A DNA stretch of 64,000 nt from Agriterribacter sp. (GCF_035444585.1 NZ_DAOMOZ010000001.1:1618-65617), one strand, 5' to 3'. Positions 18,868 to 28,997 are shown, numbered from the stretch's first letter. Numbers and translations are program-made. Notes: generated by a model not told the origin, from the sequence alone.

Positions 18868-21816
18868 ATGAGAAAGATCTTTTTCATTATAGTCATATTA
18901 CTGGCGGTAAAGGTAAATGCACAACATAAAAAGCCTCTTGATCATACGGTATATGATGGCTGGCAAGCTATTGGTGAGAGGGAGATAAGCAATAACGGCA
19001 AATGGGTTGTGTATACAATTGACGTTCAGGAAGGAGACGGAACGCTTGTTATTCAATCTGCCGATTCAAAGTACCGGGAAACAATTGCAAGGGGTTATAA
19101 TATTGCCATTACGGAAGACAGCAGGTATGCTGTTTTTAAAATAAAACCGCCTTATGCAGGTATAAGGCAGGCCCGCATTCAAAACAAAACACCCGATCAG
19201 TTTCCCAAAGATTCATTGGCCGTTGTGGAATTGGGTAAAGGTGTGGTTGTGAAAGCAGCAAGAGTTAAGTCGTATAAAATCCCGGAAAAGAATGCCCAGT
19301 GGATAGCCTGGCAACTGGAAAAACCAATAGCCGATTCTTCCAAAAAAGGAGCTGCATCCGATTCATTGGCAAAGCGGATAGACTCATTAAAAAGATCGGT
19401 TACAGAACCTACCCCCGAACAGGCAAAGAAAAGACAACGGATCACCAACCCGCCTGTTATTAAAAATGATAATGCAATTTTTTTGAATGATACTGCGGTT
19501 TCTTACTGTGATGCCAATGAGAGGACGGATCCGGGCAAAAAGAAAGAAGAAGGTACAGCGCTGGTTATTTTTAACCTGCGCGACAGCGTGCAGCGAACGC
19601 TTGATTTTGTAAGTGAATATGTATGGAGCAAGACCGGAAATGTTTTAATAACAGAAACGATGCCGGTCAAAAAAGACAGTTTGCGCAAGGCCGCAGTATG
19701 TATCTTCAGAACAGTTGAGAACCGGTTTGATACGGTCATGAAAGGCGGGAACGATTTCAGGAATTATGCTATTGACGAACAGGGATACCAGGTTGCTTTT
19801 GTTGCTGAAAGAGACAGCAGTGAGAAGGCACTTCAGAAATTCTACAAATTGTGGTATTGGCAAAACGGTTATGACAGTGCAGTAATGATCGCCGATAAAA
19901 ATATTGAAGGGATGCCTGTTGGCTGGAGTATCAGTGAAAATGGAAGTGTGCATTTTAGTAAGTCGGGGAAACGGCTTTTTGCAGGATCCGCGCCTGTTCA
20001 GCCGCCCAGGGATACATCCCTGATAAGTATTGACCTGGTGAAAGTTGATATCTGGAATTATAAAGACGAGTACCTTCAACCCATACAATTGAAGAACCTG
20101 GATAAGGATCTTAAAAAGAGTTACACAGCAATGATTGATCTGGATGATAGAAAATTTGTTCAGCTTGCAGACAGGCAGGTTGAAAATATTATTTCCGGCA
20201 ATGAGGGAGACGGTGATTTTTTTGTAGGTGTCACGGATGCGGGTAAACGCGCCGCTTTGCAGTGGGAGGGGAGAACCCTGAAAGATATTTATATCATACA
20301 ACCGGGAGACGGAACCCGGGAATTGATCAGGAAAGATCTTTCGGGATATGTTACCGTGTCGCCTGCCGGTAAGTATGTGCTGTGGTATGATGCAAAAGCG
20401 CACCAGTATTTTACCTGGCGAGACGGCAAAACAAAGAATATTTCTTCAGGCATCCGCACAAAATTATACGATGAGGACTTTGATATGCCAACCGACCCTT
20501 CTTCTTACGGTGTGATGGCCTGGACGCAAAGCGATCTGTCTGTTATGGTATACGACAAATTTGATATCTGGCAACTGGACCCCGACAAGGTTGTTGCTCC
20601 TCTTAATGTTACCGCAGGCGAAGGACGAAAAAATAAAATAACGTACAGATATGTTCGTACCGATCCCGAAAAAAAATTCATTACGCCTTCCGAGGAGATA
20701 CTGCTGCATATGTTTGCTGAAGGTAATAAACATGCTGGTTTAGCTACCTATAAAGTATTGAGCACGGCAAAACCTGTTACTGTTGTTAACGGGCCTTTTG
20801 CCATCAGCAGCAACAGGATAGCTAAAGCGAGGGATAGCAACATTTATGTTTATACAAAGGAGAGCTATATAGATCCGCCAGACCTGTATATAAATGCCGG
20901 ATGGCAACAGGAAACCAGGTTAAGTGCCATTAATCCGCAGCAGGCCGATTATAACTGGGGCACTGCAGAGCTGTTTAAATGGAAAGCCTATAACGGCAGG
21001 CAGGCAACAGGTATTGTATATAAGCCCGAAGACTTTGATCCTAAGAAAAAATATCCTGCCATCTGTTATTTCTATGAAAAGCTTAGTGATGGGTTGTACC
21101 ACTATATTCCTCCGGCACCTACTCCCAGCCGGTTGAATATTTCTTTTTTTGTGAGCAGGGGCTATATTGTTTTTGTTCCGGATATTTCATATACAACCGG
21201 CTACCCGGGCAGAAGTGCATATAATTATATTGTAAGCGGCGCAAGGGCATTGGTTAAAAAAGGATGGATAGACAGTACCCGGCTGGGAATCCAGGGGCAA
21301 AGCTGGGGCGGTTATCAGGCAGCTTATGTTATTACGCGAACCAGGTTATTTAAAGCGGCATGGGCCGGGGCTCCGGTGAGCAATATGACGAGCGCGTATG
21401 GTGGTATCCGGTGGTCAACCGGTATGAACCGGCAGTTCCAGTATGAAAAAACCCAAAGCCGCATAGGAGCCACCTTATGGCAAAAGCCGCAATTGTATAT
21501 AGAAAACTCGCCCTTGTTTTACCTGCCAAAGGTAACTACACCGTTGGTGATCATGCACAACGATAACGACGGGGCCGTGCCCTGGTACCAGGGCATTGAG
21601 TTGTTTACAGGCTTACGCCGGTTGAATAAACCTGTATGGCTGATCAATTATAATGGTGAGGCGCACAATGTAATGGAGCGGAAGAACAGGAAGGATTTGC
21701 AGATAAGAGAGCAGCAGTTTTTTGACTGGCAGTTGAAAGGACATCGCCCGGCACAATGGCTGAGCGAAGGCGTGCCTGCTGTTATGAAAGGAAAAGTATG
21801 GGGACTGGAAGATTGA
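18868..21816 (+). CDS. Secreted S9 family (prolyl oligopeptidase-like) peptidase
   Basis: Signal peptide; GQSWGG nucleophile, DGAVPW Asp and GEAHN His. Confidence 0.9.
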   Translation: MRKIFFIIVILLAVKVNAQHKKPLDHTVYDGWQAIGEREISNNGKWVVYTIDVQEGDGTLVIQSADSKYRETIARGYNIAITEDSRYAVFKIKPPYAGIRQARIQNKTPDQFPKDSLAVVELGKGVVVKAARVKSYKIPEKNAQWIAWQLEKPIADSSKKGAASDSLAKRIDSLKRSVTEPTPEQAKKRQRITNPPVIKNDNAIFLNDTAVSYCDANERTDPGKKKEEGTALVIFNLRDSVQRTLDFVSEYVWSKTGNVLITETMPVKKDSLRKAAVCIFRTVENRFDTVMKGGNDFRNYAIDEQGYQVAFVAERDSSEKALQKFYKLWYWQNGYDSAVMIADKNIEGMPVGWSISENGSVHFSKSGKRLFAGSAPVQPPRDTSLISIDLVKVDIWNYKDEYLQPIQLKNLDKDLKKSYTAMIDLDDRKFVQLADRQVENIISGNEGDGDFFVGVTDAGKRAALQWEGRTLKDIYIIQPGDGTRELIRKDLSGYVTVSPAGKYVLWYDAKAHQYFTWRDGKTKNISSGIRTKLYDEDFDMPTDPSSYGVMAWTQSDLSVMVYDKFDIWQLDPDKVVAPLNVTAGEGRKNKITYRYVRTDPEKKFITPSEEILLHMFAEGNKHAGLATYKVLSTAKPVTVVNGPFAISSNRIAKARDSNIYVYTKESYIDPPDLYINAGWQQETRLSAINPQQADYNWGTAELFKWKAYNGRQATGIVYKPEDFDPKKKYPAICYFYEKLSDGLYHYIPPAPTPSRLNISFFVSRGYIVFVPDISYTTGYPGRSAYNYIVSGARALVKKGWIDSTRLGIQGQSWGGYQAAYVITRTRLFKAAWAGAPVSNMTSAYGGIRWSTGMNRQFQYEKTQSRIGATLWQKPQLYIENSPLFYLPKVTTPLVIMHNDNDGAVPWYQGIELFTGLRRLNKPVWLINYNGEAHNVMERKNRKDLQIREQQFFDWQLKGHRPAQWLSEGVPAVMKGKVWGLED

Positions 21817-21902
21817 GAAAAGAAGAATGGTAGTGGGGTTGCGCAGAAAATCAGATCATATTTTCTGTTTTATGATGGTTTATTTCAAAATCACAATATT
21901 GC

Positions 21903-21985
21903 AATTATAGCCTTTTTAGGCTATAATTTAAAAATATAGCCTTTTTAGGCTATATTTTGAGAATATAGCCTTTTTAGGCTATATT
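21903..21985. repeat. Three identical 20-bp palindromes TATAGCCT-TTTT-AGGCTATA at a 29-bp period (candidate operator array)
   Basis: Copies at 21906-21925, 21935-21954 and 21964-21983, ending 22 bp before the ATG at 22006. Confidence 0.93.
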
Positions 21986-22005
21986 TGAAATGAAAACCAT
22001 AGCAT

Positions 22006-22617
22006 ATGTCTCTTGCCGCCGTTATAACCGCTGATATTGTAAACTCCACGGTTCCCGGAACTGCCATGGGAAAGAAGCTGGTAGCACGGCTCAGCACTGT
22101 TTTAAAAAATTATAAATTCGAATTCTATCGCGGCGATAGTTTCCAGGCGTATGTTAAAGATCCTTCAGCGGCATTAAAATTAGCCATCCGGTTGAGAACC
22201 GCGGCCAAAAGTTTTTCCGGCATATACGATGTGCGCATCAGCATAGGAATAGGCAAAGCGGCCAGGAATGTGCAAGCTTTGCGAACTGCCAGCAGTGAGG
22301 CTTTCATCTTATCGGGAAGAATGTTTGAACAGCTAAAAGATGATCAGCGCTTATGGATCCAGTCGGCCAATGAAAACGCGAATATTGCTTTTAGGGTTAT
22401 TGCATATTTCACGGATTATATCCTAAAACGGTTAACATCAAGACAGGCTGAAGTTGTGCTGGAGCTTTTGAAGGAGCAGACCCAGACAGCGGTATCCCAA
22501 AAGCTAAAAATAAAACAGTCTACCATCAATAAACATGCGCAGTCGGCAGGGTGGGCGGAAATAGAAAAGATATTGCACGAATACAATCAAATGATCATTC
22601 AATTTAATCCGGCATGA
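22006..22617 (+). CDS. SatD-like protein: nucleotide-cyclase-fold N-terminus plus C-terminal HTH
   Basis: VITADIVNST, FYRGDSFQ and VRISIGIG resemble class III cyclase motifs; LTSRQAEVV...TQTAVSQKLKIKQSTINKH is HTH-like. Confidence 0.75.
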   Translation: MSLAAVITADIVNSTVPGTAMGKKLVARLSTVLKNYKFEFYRGDSFQAYVKDPSAALKLAIRLRTAAKSFSGIYDVRISIGIGKAARNVQALRTASSEAFILSGRMFEQLKDDQRLWIQSANENANIAFRVIAYFTDYILKRLTSRQAEVVLELLKEQTQTAVSQKLKIKQSTINKHAQSAGWAEIEKILHEYNQMIIQFNPA

Positions 22618-23318
22618 GCACCATCTGGCTGATAAAACTGATCCTGTCGCACCTGCTGGCAGACTTTGTACTGCAACCGCGAAAATGGGTCAATGATCGC
22701 TGCTCGAGGCATTTTTCCTCTCCCTGGCTCTACCTGCATACTTTGATAGCTGCCGCATTGGCACTGGTGCTTACGGGCTTTCAATACTGGCATTTTGCTT
22801 TGGTCATCTTTGTATCGCACACCCTTATTGACGGATGGAAATCGTACCGGCCTCAAACTGTATTGTATTTCTTAACAGACCAGCTAATGCACCTGCTGGT
22901 TATTATAGCCTGCTGGTATTATGCTTTTTATACCATTGCGGATATAAAGGAATGGTTGCAGGCAACCGGCAACAATCATCATTTCTGGATCATAACAACA
23001 GCCTATGTATTTTTGAGCTTTCCGGCGGGCATTATGATCGGGCAAATGACACGTAAATGGAGCGACCAGTTGCCCCGCAGTGCCGGGCTTGCCAATGCAG
23101 GCAAGTGGATCGGTATTTTAGAACGCATCCTTATCCTCACTTTCTTACTGCAGGATCAGTATGCAGCGATCGGCCTTCTGATTACGGCAAAGGGATTGCT
23201 CCGGTTCAGCGAAAAAGACAGGCAGGAAGAAAAAACCGAATATGTGCTGATCGGATCACTGATCAGCTTTTCCATATCTGTGATAACAGGGATTGTTGTA
23301 AAATATCTTGCTACCTAA
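22614..23318 (+). CDS. DUF3307-family His-rich membrane protein
   Basis: SHLLADFVLQP, YLH, SHTLID and DQLMH; C-terminal AGKWIGILER...AKGLLRF...EYVLIGSL; ATGA overlap with the SatD-like gene. Confidence 0.78.
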   Translation: MSTIWLIKLILSHLLADFVLQPRKWVNDRCSRHFSSPWLYLHTLIAAALALVLTGFQYWHFALVIFVSHTLIDGWKSYRPQTVLYFLTDQLMHLLVIIACWYYAFYTIADIKEWLQATGNNHHFWIITTAYVFLSFPAGIMIGQMTRKWSDQLPRSAGLANAGKWIGILERILILTFLLQDQYAAIGLLITAKGLLRFSEKDRQEEKTEYVLIGSLISFSISVITGIVVKYLAT

Positions 23319-23421
23319 TGAATGATGCGGGGATGAAGTTTTGGAACCCAATTCCGGTATAAACCGGTAAAACCTGTCTCTTTATGCTTATGATGCTATA
23401 ACTATAAAAAATAATTCAATA

Positions 23422-24021
23422 ATGAGAGATCGCTTTACCGTACCAATAATGCTTTGCCTGACTTTTATTGCCGGTTCATGGGCAATACAACCCCGGTGGA
23501 TTTCACTTTTCAATGGAAAGGATCTTTCGGGGTGGGTAGCGAGAGGTGATGCAACATGGGAGGTAAAGGAAGGCGTGATCATTGGGCAAAATGGCCGGGG
23601 ACACCTGTATGCCGCACCCGTAGTTGAAGATTTTGAGGTGAAAGGTGAATTCCGGATAACCGGCCAGGGTAAAGGCGCCAACAGCGGTTTGTATATAAGA
23701 GCCAGCGAACCGGAAGATAACCCCGATGGTTTTCCACGCGGCTATGAAGCACAAATATGCAATAACCAGGAAGCGCATACCGGTTGGCTTTGGAAGCCGG
23801 GAAAGCCTACCGGTAAAGCTACAGCGTTGCTCACCAGGGATGGAGAATGGTTCCTGATGAAGGTGAGAGCCATAGGTGACAGTATAAATATATGGGTGAA
23901 GGATCAATTGGTGATGAGTTACAGCGATAGTGAATATAAAAAAGGAAAATTCGCGATCCAGTGCCATAACCCGGGTATGATGGTGGAAGCACGAAATTTA
24001 TATTACCGGAAACTCAAATAA
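23422..24021 (+). CDS. DUF1080 (3-keto-disaccharide hydrolase-like) secreted protein
   Basis: WISLFNGKDLSGW, NSGLYIR, GYEAQI and AIQCH motifs. Confidence 0.85.
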   Translation: MRDRFTVPIMLCLTFIAGSWAIQPRWISLFNGKDLSGWVARGDATWEVKEGVIIGQNGRGHLYAAPVVEDFEVKGEFRITGQGKGANSGLYIRASEPEDNPDGFPRGYEAQICNNQEAHTGWLWKPGKPTGKATALLTRDGEWFLMKVRAIGDSINIWVKDQLVMSYSDSEYKKGKFAIQCHNPGMMVEARNLYYRKLK

Positions 24022-24022
24022 C

Positions 24023-24688
24023 ATGAATGCAAAACAGGCAGCGGCTCACAAGGCAGTACAGTACATTAAAGATGGAATGATAGTAGGACTGGGCACCGGC
24101 TCTACAGCTTACTGGGCTATTCAATACCTGGGAGAAAGAGTGAAACAGGGTATGCAGATCACTGCAGTAGCAACTTCTGATCAAACAGAAAGGCTGGCAT
24201 TGCAATGCGGCATAAAGATCAGTGACATGGATGCTGTTGATCATATTGATATAGACATTGACGGTGCAGACGAAATAGATCACCGGCTTAATCTTATTAA
24301 AGGCGGGGGGGGCGCATTGTTGAGAGAGAAAATTGTAGCTGCAGGCAGTAAAACCTTTATTGTTATAGCAGATGAGAGCAAGATGGTGAAAATACTTGGG
24401 CAGTTCCCGCTGCCGGTAGAGATCATCCCGTTTGGGTGGCAGCATACCTCCAGGCGACTGGCATTGCTGGGCTGTCAAACAGCAATGCGGCAAAAGGAAG
24501 CCGGGCCATTTAAAACCGATAATGGGAATTATATACTGGATTGTCGTTTCGGTTCCATTTCAGATCCTGCTGTACTGCAACAGCAAATCAACAGTATACC
24601 CGGCGTTGTAGAAAACGGTCTTTTTGTAAAAATGGCTTCTGCCGTGGTGGTGGGTTATAGCGATGGTACGGTGAAAGAATTTTCGTGA
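24023..24688 (+). CDS. rpiA: Ribose-5-phosphate isomerase A
   Basis: GLGTGST, DGADEI, KGGGGALLREK and GVVENGLF motifs. Confidence 0.96.
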   Translation: MNAKQAAAHKAVQYIKDGMIVGLGTGSTAYWAIQYLGERVKQGMQITAVATSDQTERLALQCGIKISDMDAVDHIDIDIDGADEIDHRLNLIKGGGGALLREKIVAAGSKTFIVIADESKMVKILGQFPLPVEIIPFGWQHTSRRLALLGCQTAMRQKEAGPFKTDNGNYILDCRFGSISDPAVLQQQINSIPGVVENGLFVKMASAVVVGYSDGTVKEFS

Positions 24689-24707
24689 ACAACAATACCC
24701 GGACCGA

Positions 24708-25657
24708 ATGAAAAGAATATGCTTTATCGTTTACCTTGCTTTTATAGCATTTGAGTTAGATGCACAAATAAAATGGGTGAGGGTTGATTCGTTGTTTGGG
24801 GATCTGCCCGCATCCGTGCATGTTTATAGAACAACAGACCCGCTGGATGGCAAACCCAATATCGCATATTATATAGAAGCCGATCTTAAGGACAGGAGAC
24901 TGAATTTTACTTCAGATACAACCAATAAAAGGAGGCTGACCCCGCAACAGTTCTATACCAGGAACAATAACCCTGTTGTAGTGGTTAATTGTACTTTTTT
25001 TCTTTTGCCACCAATCAAAACCTGAACCCTGTAATCAAAAACAGGAAACTGGTGGGTTACGACAGGCACTCCCGGAAACAAAAAGACGGATCAACTTACC
25101 TGCATACCTTTGGCAGCGCTATAGGCATCTCCAGGCGCAGGAAGGCCGATATTGCCTGGCTGTATACCGATAGTGCAGAGGGAAAAGTGCTGGCCCTACA
25201 AAACCCGGTAAAAGCATTTGCTGATTCAAACAGCTTTTATAAACCCGGAATAAATACCGTGAATATTCTCGATTCGGGCGCTGTAAAATGGAAAATGAGA
25301 ACTGCGGTAGGCGGCGGACCTGTATTATTGCAGGAAGGTGAAATAAAGGTCACGAATAACGAGGAATTAAAATTCGCAGGCAAAGCGATTGAAGATAAGC
25401 ATCCCCGCACAGGCATGGGCTATACCAGGAACAATAAGCTCATTATCCTGGTAATAGAAGGCAGGAATAAAGGTGTTGCTGAAGGTGCCACCTTATTGCA
25501 GGAAGCGCAGTTGTTGAAGGAACTGGGCTGTTGGGAAGCGCTCAACCTCGATGGCGGCGGCAGCAGTTGCATGCTCGTGAATGGCAGGGAAACCATACAT
25601 CCTTCCGATAAAAAGCAAAGACCAGTTCCGGCAGTATTTATGATCGGAACCCGTTAA
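24708..25657 (+). pseudogene. Phosphodiester glycosidase (NAGPA-like) family protein split by a frameshift at a T7 run
   Basis: Adding one T at 24995-25001 joins the two ORFs as ...VVNCTFFSFATNQNLN...; C-terminal half has GGGPVLL, HPRTGMG, NLDGGGSS. Real lesion or sequencing error is unresolved. Confidence 0.72.
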
Positions 25658-25730
25658 TGGATCATGCGATCCTTTGCCGGACGGACGCTAAAAAGGATCT
25701 GAAACAGAATGAAATATAAGAAATAATATT

Positions 25731-25889
25731 ATGACATACCCGTTCATCCCGATAGGACTAATAGCTGCATTTATTGTTTATGTTTTATATCTTTTGCTCA
25801 TCAAAAAGGATATGAAAAAACTTAAAGCCATACTATACCAGGGCTATTCTTTATTGCCATTTGGGCTGTTATTTATTATTTTTTTCTGA
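25731..25889 (+). CDS. Small hydrophobic two-TM protein (52 aa), not in the ORF track
   Basis: Manual translation MTYPFIPIGLIAAFIVYVLYLLLIKKDMKKLKAILYQGYSLLPFGLLFIIFF; A-rich leader. Confidence 0.45.
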   Translation: MTYPFIPIGLIAAFIVYVLYLLLIKKDMKKLKAILYQGYSLLPFGLLFIIFF

Positions 25890-26010
25890 AATAAAGCTTA
25901 TGACAAAGCCAACGAAAAAAATAGCGCTATCTGCCGGATGAATTGTGCCGGGTAGTTTGGCCCTGCCGGAAAAGGATTACCGTAATGCCTTTTACTAAAG
26001 ATATGTGCCG

Positions 26011-26772
26011 TTAACCGGAGCCAAATACTTTCTTCAGTATTTCAGATGTCCTGGCCAAAGGATCTTTCCTGATCTGCTGCTCTTCCTGTGCTACCTGGTA
26101 AAAGATCCCGCTTAAGGCTTTTTCCGTTACATAGGCCGAAAGGTCGGGATTGATCTTATCGGCTGAAAACTTATTATAAGCAGTAAATACGGTATTCCAG
26201 TATTTGGTGGCGTCTACTTTTTGGAGTGATTTTTCTATCACCGGCCGAAAAGACGCGGTAAGCGCTGTTGTGGTTTTGCCTTTCAGGTAATCGGTTGCTG
26301 CAAAATCTCCCCCTTTTAATATGCCTGCCGCATCCTGGATGCTCATTTGTTTGATGGCATCTACAAAGATCGGAGCTGCCGATTTTGCTGCATCTTCCGC
26401 AGCGCGGTTCATGGCAAGTATGGCCTCATCTACCTGCCTGCCCAATCCAACGGCTCTTAGTCTTTGCTCTGCTTTTTTGGCTTCTTCAGGCATTAATATT
26501 TTAATAGCGGCGTTGGCAAAATACCCATCAATGGAAGACAGGTTTTTGCCTGCTTTTTCTGCGCCAACAGACAACGCCTCTTTGAGTCCGGCCGCAATAT
26601 CATCTTTGCTTAAACTACTGCCTTTTCCTAAAACATTGCCGAGCACACCGGCTGATGAAGAAGAATCTTTTTTATCACCCAGTACTTTTTTGAGCAACTG
26701 GGCATGAGCGGAAGAAGAAACAAAAAGGAACGCAACTGCGGTTAAATAAAGAATGCCTTTATTGATTTTCAT
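26011..26772 (-). CDS. DUF4197 family secreted protein
   Basis: AGLKEAL, MNRAAEDAA, ATDYL and EEQQIRKDP motifs; start moved to MKINKG (signal peptide). Confidence 0.85.
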   Translation of the reverse strand: MKINKGILYLTAVAFLFVSSSAHAQLLKKVLGDKKDSSSSAGVLGNVLGKGSSLSKDDIAAGLKEALSVGAEKAGKNLSSIDGYFANAAIKILMPEEAKKAEQRLRAVGLGRQVDEAILAMNRAAEDAAKSAAPIFVDAIKQMSIQDAAGILKGGDFAATDYLKGKTTTALTASFRPVIEKSLQKVDATKYWNTVFTAYNKFSADKINPDLSAYVTEKALSGIFYQVAQEEQQIRKDPLARTSEILKKVFGSG

Positions 26773-27237
26773 AAGATTGATTTTAAATTCGTTCACAAAT
26801 ATACCAATCCCCAACCGCCACAGCCATAAAGAAATATTAAAATATATTAAATCCGGTTTTAGGCCTGTGTTCCGAATGAAGTTACACCGTATTCCAACGG
26901 GAAAAGCATAATAAAAGTATTTTGTTGGTCGTTTCACCTTCCGGGGCGTGATAACGAAAGCATTGTTCTGGTCGCGGCGCATCCTGATTTTTCTTCCGTA
27001 AACCTTTCTCTTTTCAGGATAGGAATAAAACCCCTGCACAACGATTTCTGCGCCTGGTTCGGTCACTTTATGCATAAGGATCTGTATTGATCCTAAAAGG
27101 TTACCATACGATAAAAAGAATTCTGACCCTGAAAGGGTCGAACAATTTTGTTTAATGCTTTTTCAGCTACCGATTTGTTATTGAGTTCCTGGTTCTTTCT
27201 TTTAGCTTTGCAGTCATCCGGTTAATGGGATATATCA

Positions 27238-27981
27238 ATGGAACGATATTTTATTGAAATAGCATATAAAGGAGCGGGGTATGCCGGGTTTCAGATACAG
27301 GATAATGCGGTTACCATTCAATCTGAGGTTCAAAAGGCAATGGCTGTTCTTTTTAAACAGGATATATTGCTCACCGGGTCATCACGAACAGATGCGGAAG
27401 TGAATGCATTGCAGAATTTTTTTCACTTCGACTTTGATCAACCCATACCGGAACGCTATATTTATAACCTCAACGCCATACTTCCTCCTGCAATCGTAAT
27501 AAGCCGTATTATCCCCGTGCAGGTGAACGCACATTGCAGGTTCGACGCCATAGGCAGGGAATACATGTATTATGTATACAAAACCAAAAATCCGTTCCTG
27601 AGCGACAGGGCTTATTATTTTCCCTATACAATAGATTTCGATCGGCTACAGGAGGCGGCATCGGTAATATTACAGTATACAGATTTTACAAGCTTTTCCA
27701 AGCGCAATACGCAGGTTAAGAATTTTATATGCAGAGTGCAGGAAAGCCGGTGGAAAATGGTAAATGATCATGTTGTTTATCATGTGCAGGCCAATCGTTT
27801 TCTGAGAGGCATGGTAAGAGGCCTGGTTGGCACCATGCTGCAGGTGGGCAGGGGTAAAACAGATATCAATGCTTTCCGGAAAATTATTGAGGACAGGGAT
27901 TGCTCAAAAGCCAATTTTGCCGTGCCGGGTCACGGATTGTTTTTAACCAGAGTAAACTATCCGCCGGGCTATTTGAAATAG
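27238..27981 (+). CDS. truA: tRNA pseudouridine(38-40) synthase
   Basis: YxGFQIQ, GSSRTD, HCRFDA, FLRGMVR and GLFL motifs; TAGCTTTG -7 box at 27203-27210. Confidence 0.94.
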   Translation: MERYFIEIAYKGAGYAGFQIQDNAVTIQSEVQKAMAVLFKQDILLTGSSRTDAEVNALQNFFHFDFDQPIPERYIYNLNAILPPAIVISRIIPVQVNAHCRFDAIGREYMYYVYKTKNPFLSDRAYYFPYTIDFDRLQEAASVILQYTDFTSFSKRNTQVKNFICRVQESRWKMVNDHVVYHVQANRFLRGMVRGLVGTMLQVGRGKTDINAFRKIIEDRDCSKANFAVPGHGLFLTRVNYPPGYLK

Positions 27982-28082
27982 TGTATAGGGGTGCATGCTG
28001 TTAGGCCGAACAAGAAGCGTGTGAATAGTGAATTGAGAAGGTGAATGAATTATTCACTATTGTTCAACCTTAACGGTACACT

Positions 28083-28997
28083 TTATTTTTTCACAGGATA
28101 ATGCTCATCCAGCCATGCCATGAGTGTAGAAAATACATCTGCAGCTATGGGTGCCCGTAATTCATGCTTCTCGCCCGGATATAATTTTATTTTTGAAGGA
28201 ATACCCAATTGCTGTAATTTTTTGTACAATTTCTCCGACTGGTCAACAGGAACCAGATCGTCTGCAGTGCCGTGAAATAAAACAGTAGGAACGCCGGTTT
28301 TTTGAGTGAGGTGAAAATACGGGCTGGACTGTTTCACGATCTTTGCGAACGTATCGGGTGTTCCCAGGAAATTGACGATGATGTCATTGCTTTCCGTTCC
28401 CGGTTTACGCACCGTTTCATCCGAGAGGTCCGAGGGTCCAAAAATATCCACAACAGTTTTTACTTGCTTTAAACTGTCGTAGCCATAAGCACATAACATA
28501 GCCAGGTGAGCGCCGGCACTTGCACCTATTAATGCAAAACTGTTGCCATCATACCTGTATTCAGCGGCATTTGCCGAAATAAATGCCAGTGCTTTTTGTA
28601 CATCTTCTATCTGCGCGGGAAAAGTGTTTTTTCCATTTTTCACCAACCGGTAGTTTAAGGATGCCAAAGCATATTTTCGTTTGCCTGCCAGTTCTTCGAT
28701 CAATGGTTTTGGAAATTCGGTTTTATCACCCTGTACCCAGCTTCCGCCATGAATGTATACGATCACTTTGGTGTTGTGGTTACGGTCATCCGGCAGATAG
28801 GCATCCAGAAGCTGGTAATGATTATCTGCATCACCATACTGCACATCCGGTATTTCGGTATAAGATTGGTGTTTGACAGCAGCTCCATGCTTTGCGTTGT
28901 TGCCGGTGAACGCAACAACAGGCTTTTCATCGTGGTAGGAAGTTAATAATGCTGATATGAAAATAACAAACGCGCAGAAGTACTGACCGAATTGCAT
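28083..28997 (-). CDS. Alpha/beta hydrolase (esterase/lipase, HSL/BD-FAE-like)
   Basis: HGGSW, GASAG, HGTADDLVP and GEKH triad motifs. Confidence 0.87.
   Translation of the reverse strand: MQFGQYFCAFVIFISALLTSYHDEKPVVAFTGNNAKHGAAVKHQSYTEIPDVQYGDADNHYQLLDAYLPDDRNHNTKVIVYIHGGSWVQGDKTEFPKPLIEELAGKRKYALASLNYRLVKNGKNTFPAQIEDVQKALAFISANAAEYRYDGNSFALIGASAGAHLAMLCAYGYDSLKQVKTVVDIFGPSDLSDETVRKPGTESNDIIVNFLGTPDTFAKIVKQSSPYFHLTQKTGVPTVLFHGTADDLVPVDQSEKLYKKLQQLGIPSKIKLYPGEKHELRAPIAADVFSTLMAWLDEHYPVKK

Noticed and set aside
21903-21985. Mini-CRISPR interpretation of the palindrome array
   Set aside because: Spacers are only 9 bp and AT-rich, the repeat is 20 bp, and there are no cas genes in the window.
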